NCBI GenBank assembly: GCA_934691935.1
Contig: CAKUTH010000001.1
Coordinates: forward strand, 222,967-286,966
Direction: 5' to 3'
Length of the DNA stretch: 64,000 bases
From: an uncultured Candidatus Melainabacteria bacterium
GTDB taxonomy: Bacteria; Cyanobacteriota; Vampirovibrionia; Gastranaerophilales; Gastranaerophilaceae
The notes under the pieces: generated by a model
The model's input: only the letters and a program-made list of their open reading frames with translations
Told to the model about the DNA's origin: nothing
The model's database searches: none
Translations under genes and position numbers: made by a program
Shown: positions 39,739 through 49,339 of the stretch, one piece after another
Numbering within the stretch: the stretch's first letter is position 1
How the letters are laid out: each line of letters opens with the position of its first letter

Positions 39739-40641
39739 ATGCAGATATATAAAGAACTGAACAAAAACCCTAATTTATCACTAGCACTTGGATTTTTTGA
39801 CGGCGTCCATTTGGGACACAAAGCTGTCATTGAAAGTGCAGTTGAATTTGCCAAGAAACATGGTAACAAATCTGCAGTTATAACGTTTTCGGATCACCCT
39901 TGTTGTTATTTTTGGGGAGTTTGTCCTCAATATATACTTTCGCGCGAAGCAAGAGAAAAAAAAATTGCCCAACTTGGTGTTGATTACCTGTACGAACTTG
40001 AATTTGAAAGTATTGCAGGCTTGACGGCACAAGACTATTTAAAGGATGTTTTGGTAAATTATTTTACACCGCTTTCTATTTCTACAGGCTGGAATCACAA
40101 TTTTGGTTGTAACAAATCTGGTAATGTAAAATTTTTGCACAACAATTCTAAAAAATACGGATATGAATACTTTGAACTCACACCTCAAAAATTTAATAAT
40201 GAAATAATAAGTAGCACTTCAATCCGAAAACTCCTCGCCAAAGGTAATATTGAAAAAGCGAATGCTATGCTGGACTACAAATTTTCGATAAAAGGAAAAA
40301 TTGTAAAGGGTAATCAAATCGGCAGAAAAATTGGTTTTAAAACGGCAAACCTTGAATATCCGCCAGAGTTAATCAATTTGCCATTCGGAGTTTATTCTGT
40401 TGATGTTACTTTTCAATCAACTCCATCTACAGTAAAGCATAGGGCAATTGCAAACTTTGGAACTCGTCCGACTGTCAATGGTTCACGGGCAATTTTAGAA
40501 GTGCATATTCTTGATTTTGACAAAGACATTTATGGTGAAACAATTATTGTAGAATTCAACAAAATGATACGCACCGAAAGAAAATTTTCTTCTCTCGATG
40601 CGCTAAAAAATCAAATAATACTTGATATAAAATCTATCTAA
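39739..40641 (+). CDS. ribF: bifunctional riboflavin kinase / FMN adenylyltransferase
   Basis: 300 aa. N-terminal FAD-synthetase fold (LALGFFDGVHLGH). C-terminal riboflavin-kinase motifs (GRKIGFKTANL, PTVNG). Confidence 0.9.
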   Translation: MQIYKELNKNPNLSLALGFFDGVHLGHKAVIESAVEFAKKHGNKSAVITFSDHPCCYFWGVCPQYILSREAREKKIAQLGVDYLYELEFESIAGLTAQDYLKDVLVNYFTPLSISTGWNHNFGCNKSGNVKFLHNNSKKYGYEYFELTPQKFNNEIISSTSIRKLLAKGNIEKANAMLDYKFSIKGKIVKGNQIGRKIGFKTANLEYPPELINLPFGVYSVDVTFQSTPSTVKHRAIANFGTRPTVNGSRAILEVHILDFDKDIYGETIIVEFNKMIRTERKFSSLDALKNQIILDIKSI

Positions 40642-41327
40642 TAATCCATTGTCCAGCCATCATTTACAATCTTGCTAAAACAGCCTGCACCATATGTACG
40701 TTCTTCACCCAAACAGTAATCAGACCAATCATTATTGTAGCTTTCAGCGACTTTGCCATCACTATATAGATCAATTTGGAATAAATCTCTGCCAAGTATA
40801 TTAGGACCTTTTTGACCGTTTATATCAACTTGCATCAGGTATGCACCGTGCCAATCTAAATCAGTAACTTTTTCCTCACTTCCATCGCCATTGATTTGCG
40901 TCCAGGTTCTACCCTGCGCATCAAACACTGAAATTGAAGCTCCATTAGCCAATGACAAAGCTACAATAGGAGTTTCCAGAGTAAAATCTGAACCACTTAG
41001 TGTTTCATAACTATCCGCGAAACAAGGAGTTAGACTTGCGCCACAATTGTTGACAACTTTAAAATAATCATTAAAAAAGTTAGCTACATTCTCTGGTTTA
41101 TTTGCACTGTAACGAGTTTCATCTAATGAAATTGCATTGCTATCTTGGATTGCAGTTTCAGTAGCTTGCGACAATAAACTTACAACAGATTGTAGTTGTG
41201 TAACATAAACTTTGCGTTGATGATTATTTACCAGAGTAGGAATAGTCATTGCAGAAACCACCCCAATAATACCAAGAGTAACCAAAACTTCTGCCAACGT
41301 AAAGCCTTTGCTATGACTATGTTTCAT
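40638..41327 (-). CDS. type IV pilin-like protein (prepilin N-terminal cleavage/methylation domain)
   Basis: 229 aa. MKHSHSKG|FTLAEVLVTLGIIGVVSAMTIPTLV. Shares DINGxKGPNIxGRDLF and a C-terminal GWTMDY motif with paralogs. Confidence 0.8.
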   Translation of the reverse strand: MKHSHSKGFTLAEVLVTLGIIGVVSAMTIPTLVNNHQRKVYVTQLQSVVSLLSQATETAIQDSNAISLDETRYSANKPENVANFFNDYFKVVNNCGASLTPCFADSYETLSGSDFTLETPIVALSLANGASISVFDAQGRTWTQINGDGSEEKVTDLDWHGAYLMQVDINGQKGPNILGRDLFQIDLYSDGKVAESYNNDWSDYCLGEERTYGAGCFSKIVNDGWTMDY

Positions 41328-41406
41328 AAATAAATCTTGCTCCCATAATAACTGCCGTATTTCTATTATAAACTATGTTTAGTGCTTTTTCAAGTCTTGC
41401 AATTCA

Positions 41407-42102
41407 TTAATAATTCATTTGCCAGTTGTCATTCAGAATTCTATCAAAACAACCAAGCCCACCGCTCGTACAATGTTTAGAATACTCTTCTCTTACTGCA
41501 ACTTTATCCATTTCACTTTCAGGTTTCTTTGTCATATCATATAACGCTAACCCAAAAACAACCATAAATGAATCCACCAAATTTCTACGATTTGACACTG
41601 CCAAGTTAAAGAAATCTCTACCTGCAATATTCGGACCCTGAGCACCGTTAACATCTGCATAAATAAGTAAAATATTGGCCCCATATATAATACACATTGA
41701 ATATCCGCTAGGGGTTGAAAAACAATACCCTTCTTTTTCACTCGGATTGAAAACATCAGTACTTAAGTCTGAACCATCCATAGTTTTATAAGACGATGCA
41801 AAACAAGGCGTTGCTGTTTCTGAGCAAACTCTTGCTGTTTTATATTCTGCCTGAACAAAATCTGCAACTTTATCCTGATTTCTCACACCTGCTTCCATTA
41901 AATTTATAGCATTTCTTGAGGTTGTATATCCCCCAACAGCCTGATTGAGTTCATTATAAACCTTGTGAAGTTGCGTAACATAAACCGTGCGTTGATGGTT
42001 TTTCACCAAAGTTGGAATTGTCATAGCAGAAACCACCCCAATAATACCTAGAGTAACCAAAACTTCTGCCAACGTAAAACCTTTATTATTCTTATATTTC
42101 AT
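41407..42102 (-). CDS. type IV pilin-like protein (paralog)
   Basis: 231 aa. MKYKNNKG|FTLAEVLVTLGIIGVVSAMTIP. DVNGAQGPNIAGRDFF. C-terminal NWQMNY. Confidence 0.8.
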   Translation of the reverse strand: MKYKNNKGFTLAEVLVTLGIIGVVSAMTIPTLVKNHQRTVYVTQLHKVYNELNQAVGGYTTSRNAINLMEAGVRNQDKVADFVQAEYKTARVCSETATPCFASSYKTMDGSDLSTDVFNPSEKEGYCFSTPSGYSMCIIYGANILLIYADVNGAQGPNIAGRDFFNLAVSNRRNLVDSFMVVFGLALYDMTKKPESEMDKVAVREEYSKHCTSGGLGCFDRILNDNWQMNY

Positions 42103-42294
42103 AGATAAATTATACTCCCATAATTATAGTCACATGTATAGTATAAACTATATTTTGAGGTATTTCAATTCTTTTACAAACAAAAATCGTTACAAAGTAA
42201 ATAAAAATTTACGTTATGAAACATTTTGAATCATGGAGCATGGTTTATGATACATTAGAGAATGTAAAAAGATTATTTTATAGGAGATTAATGA

Positions 42295-42927
42295 ATGTCG
42301 GAATATTTGAGCAAAGAAGAGATTAAGCAATGGAGAAGCTCACTTGAAAAGATTACATTAGAAGAATTTGCTGCCAGATTAGGGAAAAAAATCGAAGAAG
42401 CTAAACCTACTAACGATTTAGTTGATATTGTGTTGAAAGGCAAACCTGTTGTTTCTACTGAACCTGAGTGGAAAAACAACCACGCAGAAAGATTGAGTGC
42501 TATCGCTGAACGTGCTTATGAACGCGAACAACAAATTGCTCCAACTCCATTTTCTATTCATAAAATACAACTTGATGAAGAAGTTGCACCAAAAACTTCT
42601 GAAAAAGCAGTAAAGGTAGAAAAACCAAAAGCTACTAAAAAAGTTGCAACAAAAGAATCTGCAACAACAGTAGCAAAAGCTCCTAAAACAAATTCGTTAA
42701 AAGATGACGTTAGAGTCGTTTTCAAAAAAGCTCTAACTGATAGAGAACAAAAAGTTTTCGATCACTTCGCTCAAAACAAAGGTAAAATCGTTTATGCTAA
42801 AGATTTAGCTGGAATTCTTGATTTACCTAGGGATTATGTATACAAATACATTAAAAATTTGAGAGCTAAAATCGAAGGCGACAAACTCGAAAACGCTGAT
42901 AAAGGCGGATTTATACTGAACATATAA
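42295..42927 (+). CDS. putative DNA-binding protein with C-terminal sigma-70 region-4/LuxR-like HTH
   Basis: 210 aa. AGGAG RBS. The C-terminus LTDREQKVFDHFAQNKGKIVYAKDLAGILDLPRDYVYKYIKNLRAKI resembles sigma region 4. The N-terminal half is Lys/Ala-rich and low-complexity. Confidence 0.5.
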   Translation: MSEYLSKEEIKQWRSSLEKITLEEFAARLGKKIEEAKPTNDLVDIVLKGKPVVSTEPEWKNNHAERLSAIAERAYEREQQIAPTPFSIHKIQLDEEVAPKTSEKAVKVEKPKATKKVATKESATTVAKAPKTNSLKDDVRVVFKKALTDREQKVFDHFAQNKGKIVYAKDLAGILDLPRDYVYKYIKNLRAKIEGDKLENADKGGFILNI

Positions 42928-43011
42928 TTTAAACTTCATAATCTATTCACACAAAAAAGGAGTTCTTCAAAAAAGAGCTCCTTTTATCATTATTACCTTA
43001 CATCATATCAA

Positions 43012-43692
43012 TTAATATGTCATTTCCCAGCCATCGTCAATTATTTGTCCTAGGTAGCTTTCATCTCCTGGAGAAGCAACGACATCACCATTCGGTCTGA
43101 CATCCATAAAGAATAAATCTCTACCGTAAATATTTGGACCTTGTGTTCCATTTATATCTACCTCAATAGAAATAACAGCACCTGCGGCTGCACCTGCGTT
43201 ATTAATCACATCATCTTCATTTACATTTCCGTCGGCGTTAACATCACTATCTGCAGGACGTTGGCTTGCCAGTCCAGTACTAAGACAAATTGCAGCTCCA
43301 CTTGGCAAAGTCGCTGTAACATCACATTCCCAACCTACTAATGATGTATCATCTGAGCCATCCATGTGGGCGTAACTTGAAGCGAAACAACCAACATATC
43401 TTCCATTGCAATTTTTTGCTATTTTAAAATAATTATTCACGAAATTTTCCAATGCAGTTTTATTACCAATTAGACGAGATTCACTCATACTAACCAATCG
43501 GTTATCCGTCATAAATGTTTGTACCGCCTGTCCAACTTCATTATACACTTTGCGCAATTGAGTAACGTATACCTGACGTTGATAATTTTTCACCAAACTT
43601 GGGATTGTCATAGCAGAAACAACTCCAATAATCCCTAAAGTAACCAAGACTTCCGCCAAGGTAAAACCAAAATGTTTGTTAATTTTTAGCAT
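43012..43692 (-). CDS. type IV pilin-like protein (paralog)
   Basis: 226 aa. MLKINKHFG|FTLAEVLVTLGIIGVVSAMTIPSLV. DINGTQGPNIYGRDLF. C-terminal GWEMTY. Confidence 0.8.
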   Translation of the reverse strand: MLKINKHFGFTLAEVLVTLGIIGVVSAMTIPSLVKNYQRQVYVTQLRKVYNEVGQAVQTFMTDNRLVSMSESRLIGNKTALENFVNNYFKIAKNCNGRYVGCFASSYAHMDGSDDTSLVGWECDVTATLPSGAAICLSTGLASQRPADSDVNADGNVNEDDVINNAGAAAGAVISIEVDINGTQGPNIYGRDLFFMDVRPNGDVVASPGDESYLGQIIDDGWEMTY

Positions 43693-43704
43693 AAATAATC
43701 CTTT

Positions 43705-45102
43705 CTACTTTCTCAATAATAAATTTATTCCCGCTGTAAAGTAACTTTTAACTTCTGCAAACGAACGAATTCTTGTCAACATTTTTAAAATATACAGAGG
43801 TCTTAAATAAAATCTTTTTATAGCTGATTTATGCAACTCAAAAACTCTATCACGCGTCAAATTATGAGTATTAACTGCTGGGTAAAAATACGCATTTTCA
43901 AAAGAGGTTTCCTTGTCAAACAAATCATGCTCTTTGGCATATTCGTAAAATCTTGAACCAGGAAGCGGTGTCGCAGTATAAAAACTGATAAAATCGCTAT
44001 CCAGTTCAATAGCAAATCTAATCGTTTCTTCAACAGTTTCTTCACTTTCCCAAGGCAAACCGATTACAAAATAGTTATAAATTCTAATTTTTGCATCTTT
44101 AAAGGTTTTCACTGTACGTCTTACATCATCAAGAGTGATTTTTTTACCCATTTTTTCAAGCATATATTGAGAACCGCTTTCTACACCAATGCTTACTAAG
44201 CGACAGCCCGATTTATACATCATTTTTGCCATTTCATCATCTGCAGTATCGGCTCTTGTATTTGCAGACCAAGTTATTTTCAAACCACTGTCAATAATTG
44301 CCTGACACAACGCCATAGTCCAGTTTTTGTCCAAATTAAAAATATCAGACCAAAACACAAAGTTTGTAATATTGTATTTTTCAACGCATTCTTTTAATTC
44401 TTCAACAATATTTTCAACACTTCGTCTACGAACCTTAGCTCCCGAAACAGGTGTTGCTAAGCAAAAGAAACAATGGAACGGACATCCGCGCGCAACTTTT
44501 ACAACCGCTTGAACCTTATTGTTGTCTGGACGTCTGTAAATTGTATTATCTACAAGATGACGTGCTGGGAACGGAATTTCATCAAGATTATCAATAAAAG
44601 GTCTAACACCAGAGAATTTAATCTGTCCATCTTCCCTGTAATAAATTCCCAAAGGTTTTTCAACCCCTTGTAAAATCTCTTTTAGAGTATCTTCCGCTTC
44701 GCCAAAAATCACAATATCAAGCGCTTCATGATTTTTCAAAATATCTTCCGATTTAGTTAAAAATATCGCGCCTTTCGCTATTGTCACAACATTTGGCAAT
44801 ATATCTTTTGCAATCTTTAAAGCATCCAAATCGTGTTCTAAAGTCGGTGTTGCAACATTTACAACCAAATAATCTGGTTTAAATTCTTTCAAATCTTCAA
44901 CCAAATCTCCGCCCTGACTATAATCACAAATTTTTGCCTCAAATCCTTCTTTTTCCGCCACTGACGCCAAATACATCAAATCAGTAGGAGGCAATGGCGG
45001 GATTACCAACAACTCTTTTGTCGGCTGTTGACATCTGTCCTCTCTGTTAAGAACTGGTGAGGGTGGGTAAATCAAAAATATTTTTTTCTTGTTATCAGAC
45101 AT
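43705..45102 (-). CDS. B12-binding-domain radical SAM protein
   Basis: 465 aa. N-terminal cobalamin-binding-like region. CxxxCxxC cluster motif (GCPFHCFFC). Confidence 0.75.
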   Translation of the reverse strand: MSDNKKKIFLIYPPSPVLNREDRCQQPTKELLVIPPLPPTDLMYLASVAEKEGFEAKICDYSQGGDLVEDLKEFKPDYLVVNVATPTLEHDLDALKIAKDILPNVVTIAKGAIFLTKSEDILKNHEALDIVIFGEAEDTLKEILQGVEKPLGIYYREDGQIKFSGVRPFIDNLDEIPFPARHLVDNTIYRRPDNNKVQAVVKVARGCPFHCFFCLATPVSGAKVRRRSVENIVEELKECVEKYNITNFVFWSDIFNLDKNWTMALCQAIIDSGLKITWSANTRADTADDEMAKMMYKSGCRLVSIGVESGSQYMLEKMGKKITLDDVRRTVKTFKDAKIRIYNYFVIGLPWESEETVEETIRFAIELDSDFISFYTATPLPGSRFYEYAKEHDLFDKETSFENAYFYPAVNTHNLTRDRVFELHKSAIKRFYLRPLYILKMLTRIRSFAEVKSYFTAGINLLLRK

Positions 45103-46480
45103 TTTGAACCTTTTCTTTAATTGTATTTGCTAAAACAGTTGCAATAGCCAAGCATACTGCACCGATTATAAATGCGTATTCCCAATGGTAATTAATATAT
45201 TCAGATCCCATAGTAAATGAGCATTTTGAAATTACCCACGCAACTAATGTACAAACAAACACTTGAGGACCTGCAATGAAGATATTAAAAATTCCCATAA
45301 CAGAGCCTTCAGTACCTTTTTTAATAAATTGAGAAAGCATTGCAAACGGCAAAGCACAAATACTTGCCCAACCGATACCTGCCAATCCCATCAAACATAC
45401 AACAGCTTTTGGATTTTTTGAGAAAAACATTCCCATATACGCCAAAATCATTGTGAGTAATGAAATTATATGGACTTTTTTGTTTGAATATTTAGCTGAT
45501 AAAATTCCGATTGGAATTGCAACCAAAAAACAAACCAAATTGAATACTGCAAAACAAATAGAAGAAAAATTTGTTCCAGCAAGAGTAGCATTCGCATACA
45601 ACTCTTTTGTACTGTTAAGCGCAGTTGTTAAATCTGGCACACAATAAATTGTATGAACAGCATATTGCGTAAAGAAAATCATCATACACATAGTGCCAAT
45701 CCACGTAAAAAATTGCATTGTACAAATTTTTGAAACTTCAGGCGACATCGCAAAAAAGTCTTTTAAAGATTGCCAAAATGACACATTACTATGTTCTGTT
45801 TCTTGCACATCTTCCTGTTTTTCTGATTTTTTACCTTCTTTTATTGTTACACAAGTCCATATCATACCAAGTGTAAACGCCAAACCTGCCATCACAAATT
45901 GCGCTGGAATAGACATTTGATACCCGAACGCCCATTTCAAAAACGGTGCAGTACCAGCAGCCACAACTGAACCCAAACCGATTGCCAAACTTATATAAGA
46001 ATTTGCCAATGAATGTTGTTCTTCTGGCACAACGTCAGGAACTAAAGCTCTATAAGGGCCTTGAGCAACATTTACGCATGCATCAATTACCCAAATCATT
46101 ATTGCAGCAATAAGCAATGCCGTTAAAGCAGGTAACTCAATCCCTGTGATTTTTTGCAAAACATTTGCAACAGATGCTGAATTTGGAAAAATCCACAAAG
46201 CCAAAGATGCCAATATTGCGCCACCTAACAAATATGGTCTGCGTCTGCCTAACGGTGAAACAGTTTTGTCACTCAACGCACCAATCAACGGTTGAACCAC
46301 CATGCCTGTAAAAGGCCCTGCAAGCCAAATTAATCCGTAGATAAAAGGCGAAGCTCCCAACCCTTCTGTCACAGGCCCTGAAAGGATTATTCTCATCTGC
46401 CAAGCAAATTGTAATCCAAAAAATCCCAATGCAAAATTTAAGAATTGAGCAGTTGTAAATTTTTTCATTTCATTATTCAT
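45095..46480 (-). CDS. MFS transporter (GPH/sugar-cation symporter-like, 12 TM)
   Basis: 461 aa, 12 hydrophobic segments. 8-nt overlap with the upstream radical SAM gene. Confidence 0.65.
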   Translation of the reverse strand: MNNEMKKFTTAQFLNFALGFFGLQFAWQMRIILSGPVTEGLGASPFIYGLIWLAGPFTGMVVQPLIGALSDKTVSPLGRRRPYLLGGAILASLALWIFPNSASVANVLQKITGIELPALTALLIAAIMIWVIDACVNVAQGPYRALVPDVVPEEQHSLANSYISLAIGLGSVVAAGTAPFLKWAFGYQMSIPAQFVMAGLAFTLGMIWTCVTIKEGKKSEKQEDVQETEHSNVSFWQSLKDFFAMSPEVSKICTMQFFTWIGTMCMMIFFTQYAVHTIYCVPDLTTALNSTKELYANATLAGTNFSSICFAVFNLVCFLVAIPIGILSAKYSNKKVHIISLLTMILAYMGMFFSKNPKAVVCLMGLAGIGWASICALPFAMLSQFIKKGTEGSVMGIFNIFIAGPQVFVCTLVAWVISKCSFTMGSEYINYHWEYAFIIGAVCLAIATVLANTIKEKVQNV

Positions 46481-46545
46481 TTAATCTCTCCCCAAAAATT
46501 ATCTATACAATTTTAGCCCGAACCAAGCCCGTAGTCAACAATATT

Positions 46546-47427
46546 TCAATATATTTCAATCAATTCTTTCAGCACTTTATTGTAAGGAACATCAATGTTA
46601 TGTTTTTTGCCAAGTTTAATCATTACACCAGCAAAAATATCGACTTCAGTTTTCCTGCCAGCTTCGACATCCTGAAGCATTGAAGTTTTGCCTTCTGGAC
46701 ACATCTTATTCAAACTCAAAAGAGCTTCATCCACCATTGTTTCGGTATTTTTTACCCCTTCCGCTTTCGCAATCGTTTGAACCTCTTTCATGACATTTTT
46801 AACAAACGACATACAACGTTCGTTGTTAAGCATTTGTCCAAATGTATAACCCAAAAGCGCAGTAGTTTGGTTTGAGGACACATTCAACATATATTTTAGC
46901 CACATTGAATGAATTATATCATCAGGAATATCATAGTTTATACCTTTTTTGTCAAAATAATTTTTGACTCTCTCAATATTTTTGTTATCATCAGGTGAAC
47001 CAAAAACTATTGTGTTCACCCCGTCTTGCGTAATATGTCGACCAACCCTAACTGCGCTATGCCCGATAAAATAAGAATAAAGCACCTTATCTGCGCCATA
47101 TTTATCTATCAAAAGTTTTTCACTCGTAACTCCATTTAGCAACGATAAAATTACAGTATTTTCTCCAACAAAATTTTTGATATTTTCAACAGCTTGTTCA
47201 AATCCATCAGATTTTGTCGCAATAATAATCAAATCAGCTTTAAATACATTATCATCAGGCAAAATATAATGAGGATTTAATAATTCTCCATTAAAATATG
47301 TAGGATTTTTCTTATATCTTTCTAATCGGTCTTTGTCTACAAGAACTCGTGCATCCTTTATTTTAGCAACATAAATGCTACCTATAGCTCCGAGTCCGCA
47401 AATTAAAATATTCTTTATCTCTTTCAT
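46546..47427 (-). CDS. panE: 2-dehydropantoate 2-reductase (ketopantoate reductase)
   Basis: Rossmann ILICGLGAIGSIY. C-terminal MLQDVEAGRKTEVD signature. The track start (47463) is a TTG; the internal ATG (MKEIKNIL) is preferred. Confidence 0.8.
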   Translation of the reverse strand: MKEIKNILICGLGAIGSIYVAKIKDARVLVDKDRLERYKKNPTYFNGELLNPHYILPDDNVFKADLIIIATKSDGFEQAVENIKNFVGENTVILSLLNGVTSEKLLIDKYGADKVLYSYFIGHSAVRVGRHITQDGVNTIVFGSPDDNKNIERVKNYFDKKGINYDIPDDIIHSMWLKYMLNVSSNQTTALLGYTFGQMLNNERCMSFVKNVMKEVQTIAKAEGVKNTETMVDEALLSLNKMCPEGKTSMLQDVEAGRKTEVDIFAGVMIKLGKKHNIDVPYNKVLKELIEIY

Positions 47428-47526
47428 ACAATAAACTTTAACATTTCGTAACCCAAAAAGCAATTTCTTAAGAAAAAAATACTTTATATAAGAGTAGTGT
47501 AGTTAAATTTGTAGTGTAGTAACTTA

Positions 47527-48309
47527 ATGGGATTTGAAATCAACAGACCGCTAAGTGTGGGCGGAATAAATCCGAATATTTACGTTAACCAAAACCACAA
47601 GTACAATAGTGGCTTTGGCAATACTTTGAACGCTGATACATTTGAGCAAACCTCAATTGACAGGTTCACAACTGAAACTGCAATAAAAAGAATGATTGCA
47701 AACAACCCGAGGGTAAGAAATATAGTAAGCCAATACAACCCTGAGTTAAAACTTAACCTAATAGAATTGAAAGAACTTTTGGAAAACCATGCCATAGATA
47801 CTAAAAATATTACAAAAGGTATAGTTGAAAATTTACCTTATTCAATACAAACAAAAATTGATTTAAAAGCAATTCAAGATGCATCTTATTTGCATGATTT
47901 AGGCAAAGTTTTAATACCTTCTGAAATTTTGAACAAACCCGCCAAACTTGATGAACGTGAGCAAAAAATCATGCAAACACATTCTGAAGTAAGCTATGAA
48001 TTATTGAAAAACAGCGGTTTAAATAACAAAACACTTAGCCTAATCCGCAACCACCACCAAAACGCGAAGCATACAGGCTATCCGTGGGTTAACAAAGACT
48101 TTAACGCAGATATAAATTTGCAAATTTTATCAATTGCCGATAAATACTCTGCATTGACTGAAAATAGGATTTATAAAGCTCCACTAACCCCAAAAGAAGC
48201 TCTGACAATAATTTACCAAGACGTAAAAGAAGGTAAATTACATCCAATAGTTTTCAAAGCACTAGTAAATTACGCCAAAACCACAACCCCTGAACGTGTT
48301 GTTGTGTAG
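47527..48309 (+). CDS. HD-GYP domain protein (probable c-di-GMP phosphodiesterase)
   Basis: 260 aa. HDLGK ... HH ... GYP motifs. Confidence 0.7.
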   Translation: MGFEINRPLSVGGINPNIYVNQNHKYNSGFGNTLNADTFEQTSIDRFTTETAIKRMIANNPRVRNIVSQYNPELKLNLIELKELLENHAIDTKNITKGIVENLPYSIQTKIDLKAIQDASYLHDLGKVLIPSEILNKPAKLDEREQKIMQTHSEVSYELLKNSGLNNKTLSLIRNHHQNAKHTGYPWVNKDFNADINLQILSIADKYSALTENRIYKAPLTPKEALTIIYQDVKEGKLHPIVFKALVNYAKTTTPERVVV

Positions 48310-48328
48310 AATAGCTACAAATACGTAA

Positions 48329-49177
48329 TTAATAATTTATCTTCCAACCGTCACGCATAATCATATCAATGCAAGAATAACCAGTTTCTTTGCATTGTGC
48401 CTTTATATAACTTTTGGGAGCTCCATATCCCCAAGGACGTACTGCATTCTTGTCAAAATCAACATAGAAAAAAAATACATCTTTGCCAATAGTATTTGGT
48501 TGCTTTGTGCCGTTTATATCTACATAAACATTTTGACGAGATGTGTACACAGGGTCGTGCTTAACTCGATTTCCTTCTTCATCGTATTCATCATGCCAAG
48601 TCATAATATTAACATAATAAGTTGTTCCATCTGCAGTTGAGAAAAATACTCTGCCATATCTAAAATCAGTATAAATACTAATATCTTGAAGTAAGCCATT
48701 ATAATATTTATACATTGATTTATTATCATTAAGTTTTGGATTACGTACAGTAATAATTTGTGCCCCTTTGAAATATGGCATCCAATAAGTACCGAAAAAC
48801 TCTTTAACGTCACTCTCTGTCACCTTTGAGCCCGACTGAAGTCCTACAGGTCCATTATCCGCAATAGATTTTTGAACAACTTGTCCAAGAGTTGAATATG
48901 CTTTTTTAAGCTGAGTTACAGTAACCTGTTTTTTGTAATTTTGAATTACACTAGGCAACGTCAACGCCGCCACAACTCCGATGATACCAAGGGTGATTAA
49001 AACTTCTGCTAATGTAAAGGCTATCTTGCGACTTTTTCTGGCACATTTTCCCTCTACCTCAAGGGGCGAGGATAATATATGGTCATTCTGAGGGACGAGG
49101 GAAAAGTTTCGTAACTTCTTACTAACTTCCTTACTTCCTAACTTACTTACATTGGAGCTTAAAGCCCCCCCCCCCAT
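48329..49177 (-). CDS. type IV pilin-like protein (paralog) with an unusually long (about 53 aa) leader beginning ATG + G10
   Basis: ORF is continuous from the ATG at 49177 through ...KIA|FTLAEVLITLGIIGVVAALTLPSV. DINGTKQPNTIGKDVF. C-terminal GWKINY. No alternative in-frame ATG/GTG/TTG lies closer to the FTLAE motif. Start is uncertain. Confidence 0.6.
   Translation of the reverse strand: MGGGALSSNVSKLGSKEVSKKLRNFSLVPQNDHILSSPLEVEGKCARKSRKIAFTLAEVLITLGIIGVVAALTLPSVIQNYKKQVTVTQLKKAYSTLGQVVQKSIADNGPVGLQSGSKVTESDVKEFFGTYWMPYFKGAQIITVRNPKLNDNKSMYKYYNGLLQDISIYTDFRYGRVFFSTADGTTYYVNIMTWHDEYDEEGNRVKHDPVYTSRQNVYVDINGTKQPNTIGKDVFFFYVDFDKNAVRPWGYGAPKSYIKAQCKETGYSCIDMIMRDGWKINY
49165..49175. repeat. homopolymeric C11 (G11 on the coding strand) tract immediately 3' of the ATG of the pilin-like gene. 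Candidate slipped-strand phase-variation site.
   Basis: 11 consecutive C in a genome that is mostly A/T. Embedded in the palindrome CCCCATGGGG. Confidence 0.6.
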
Positions 49178-49339
49178 GGGGTTCTATCCCTTGTGGTGCA
49201 AGGGTTTTTAAGTGTATGTAAATCTCTTAAATCTTCCATCTCGTCAACTCCGTGTTCTATATCCATATATTTATTATGACATATTTGGCAAGATTTTTCA
49301 AGAGTGGCGGGCTACATTACGCAACTTCTTACTTTCTCT

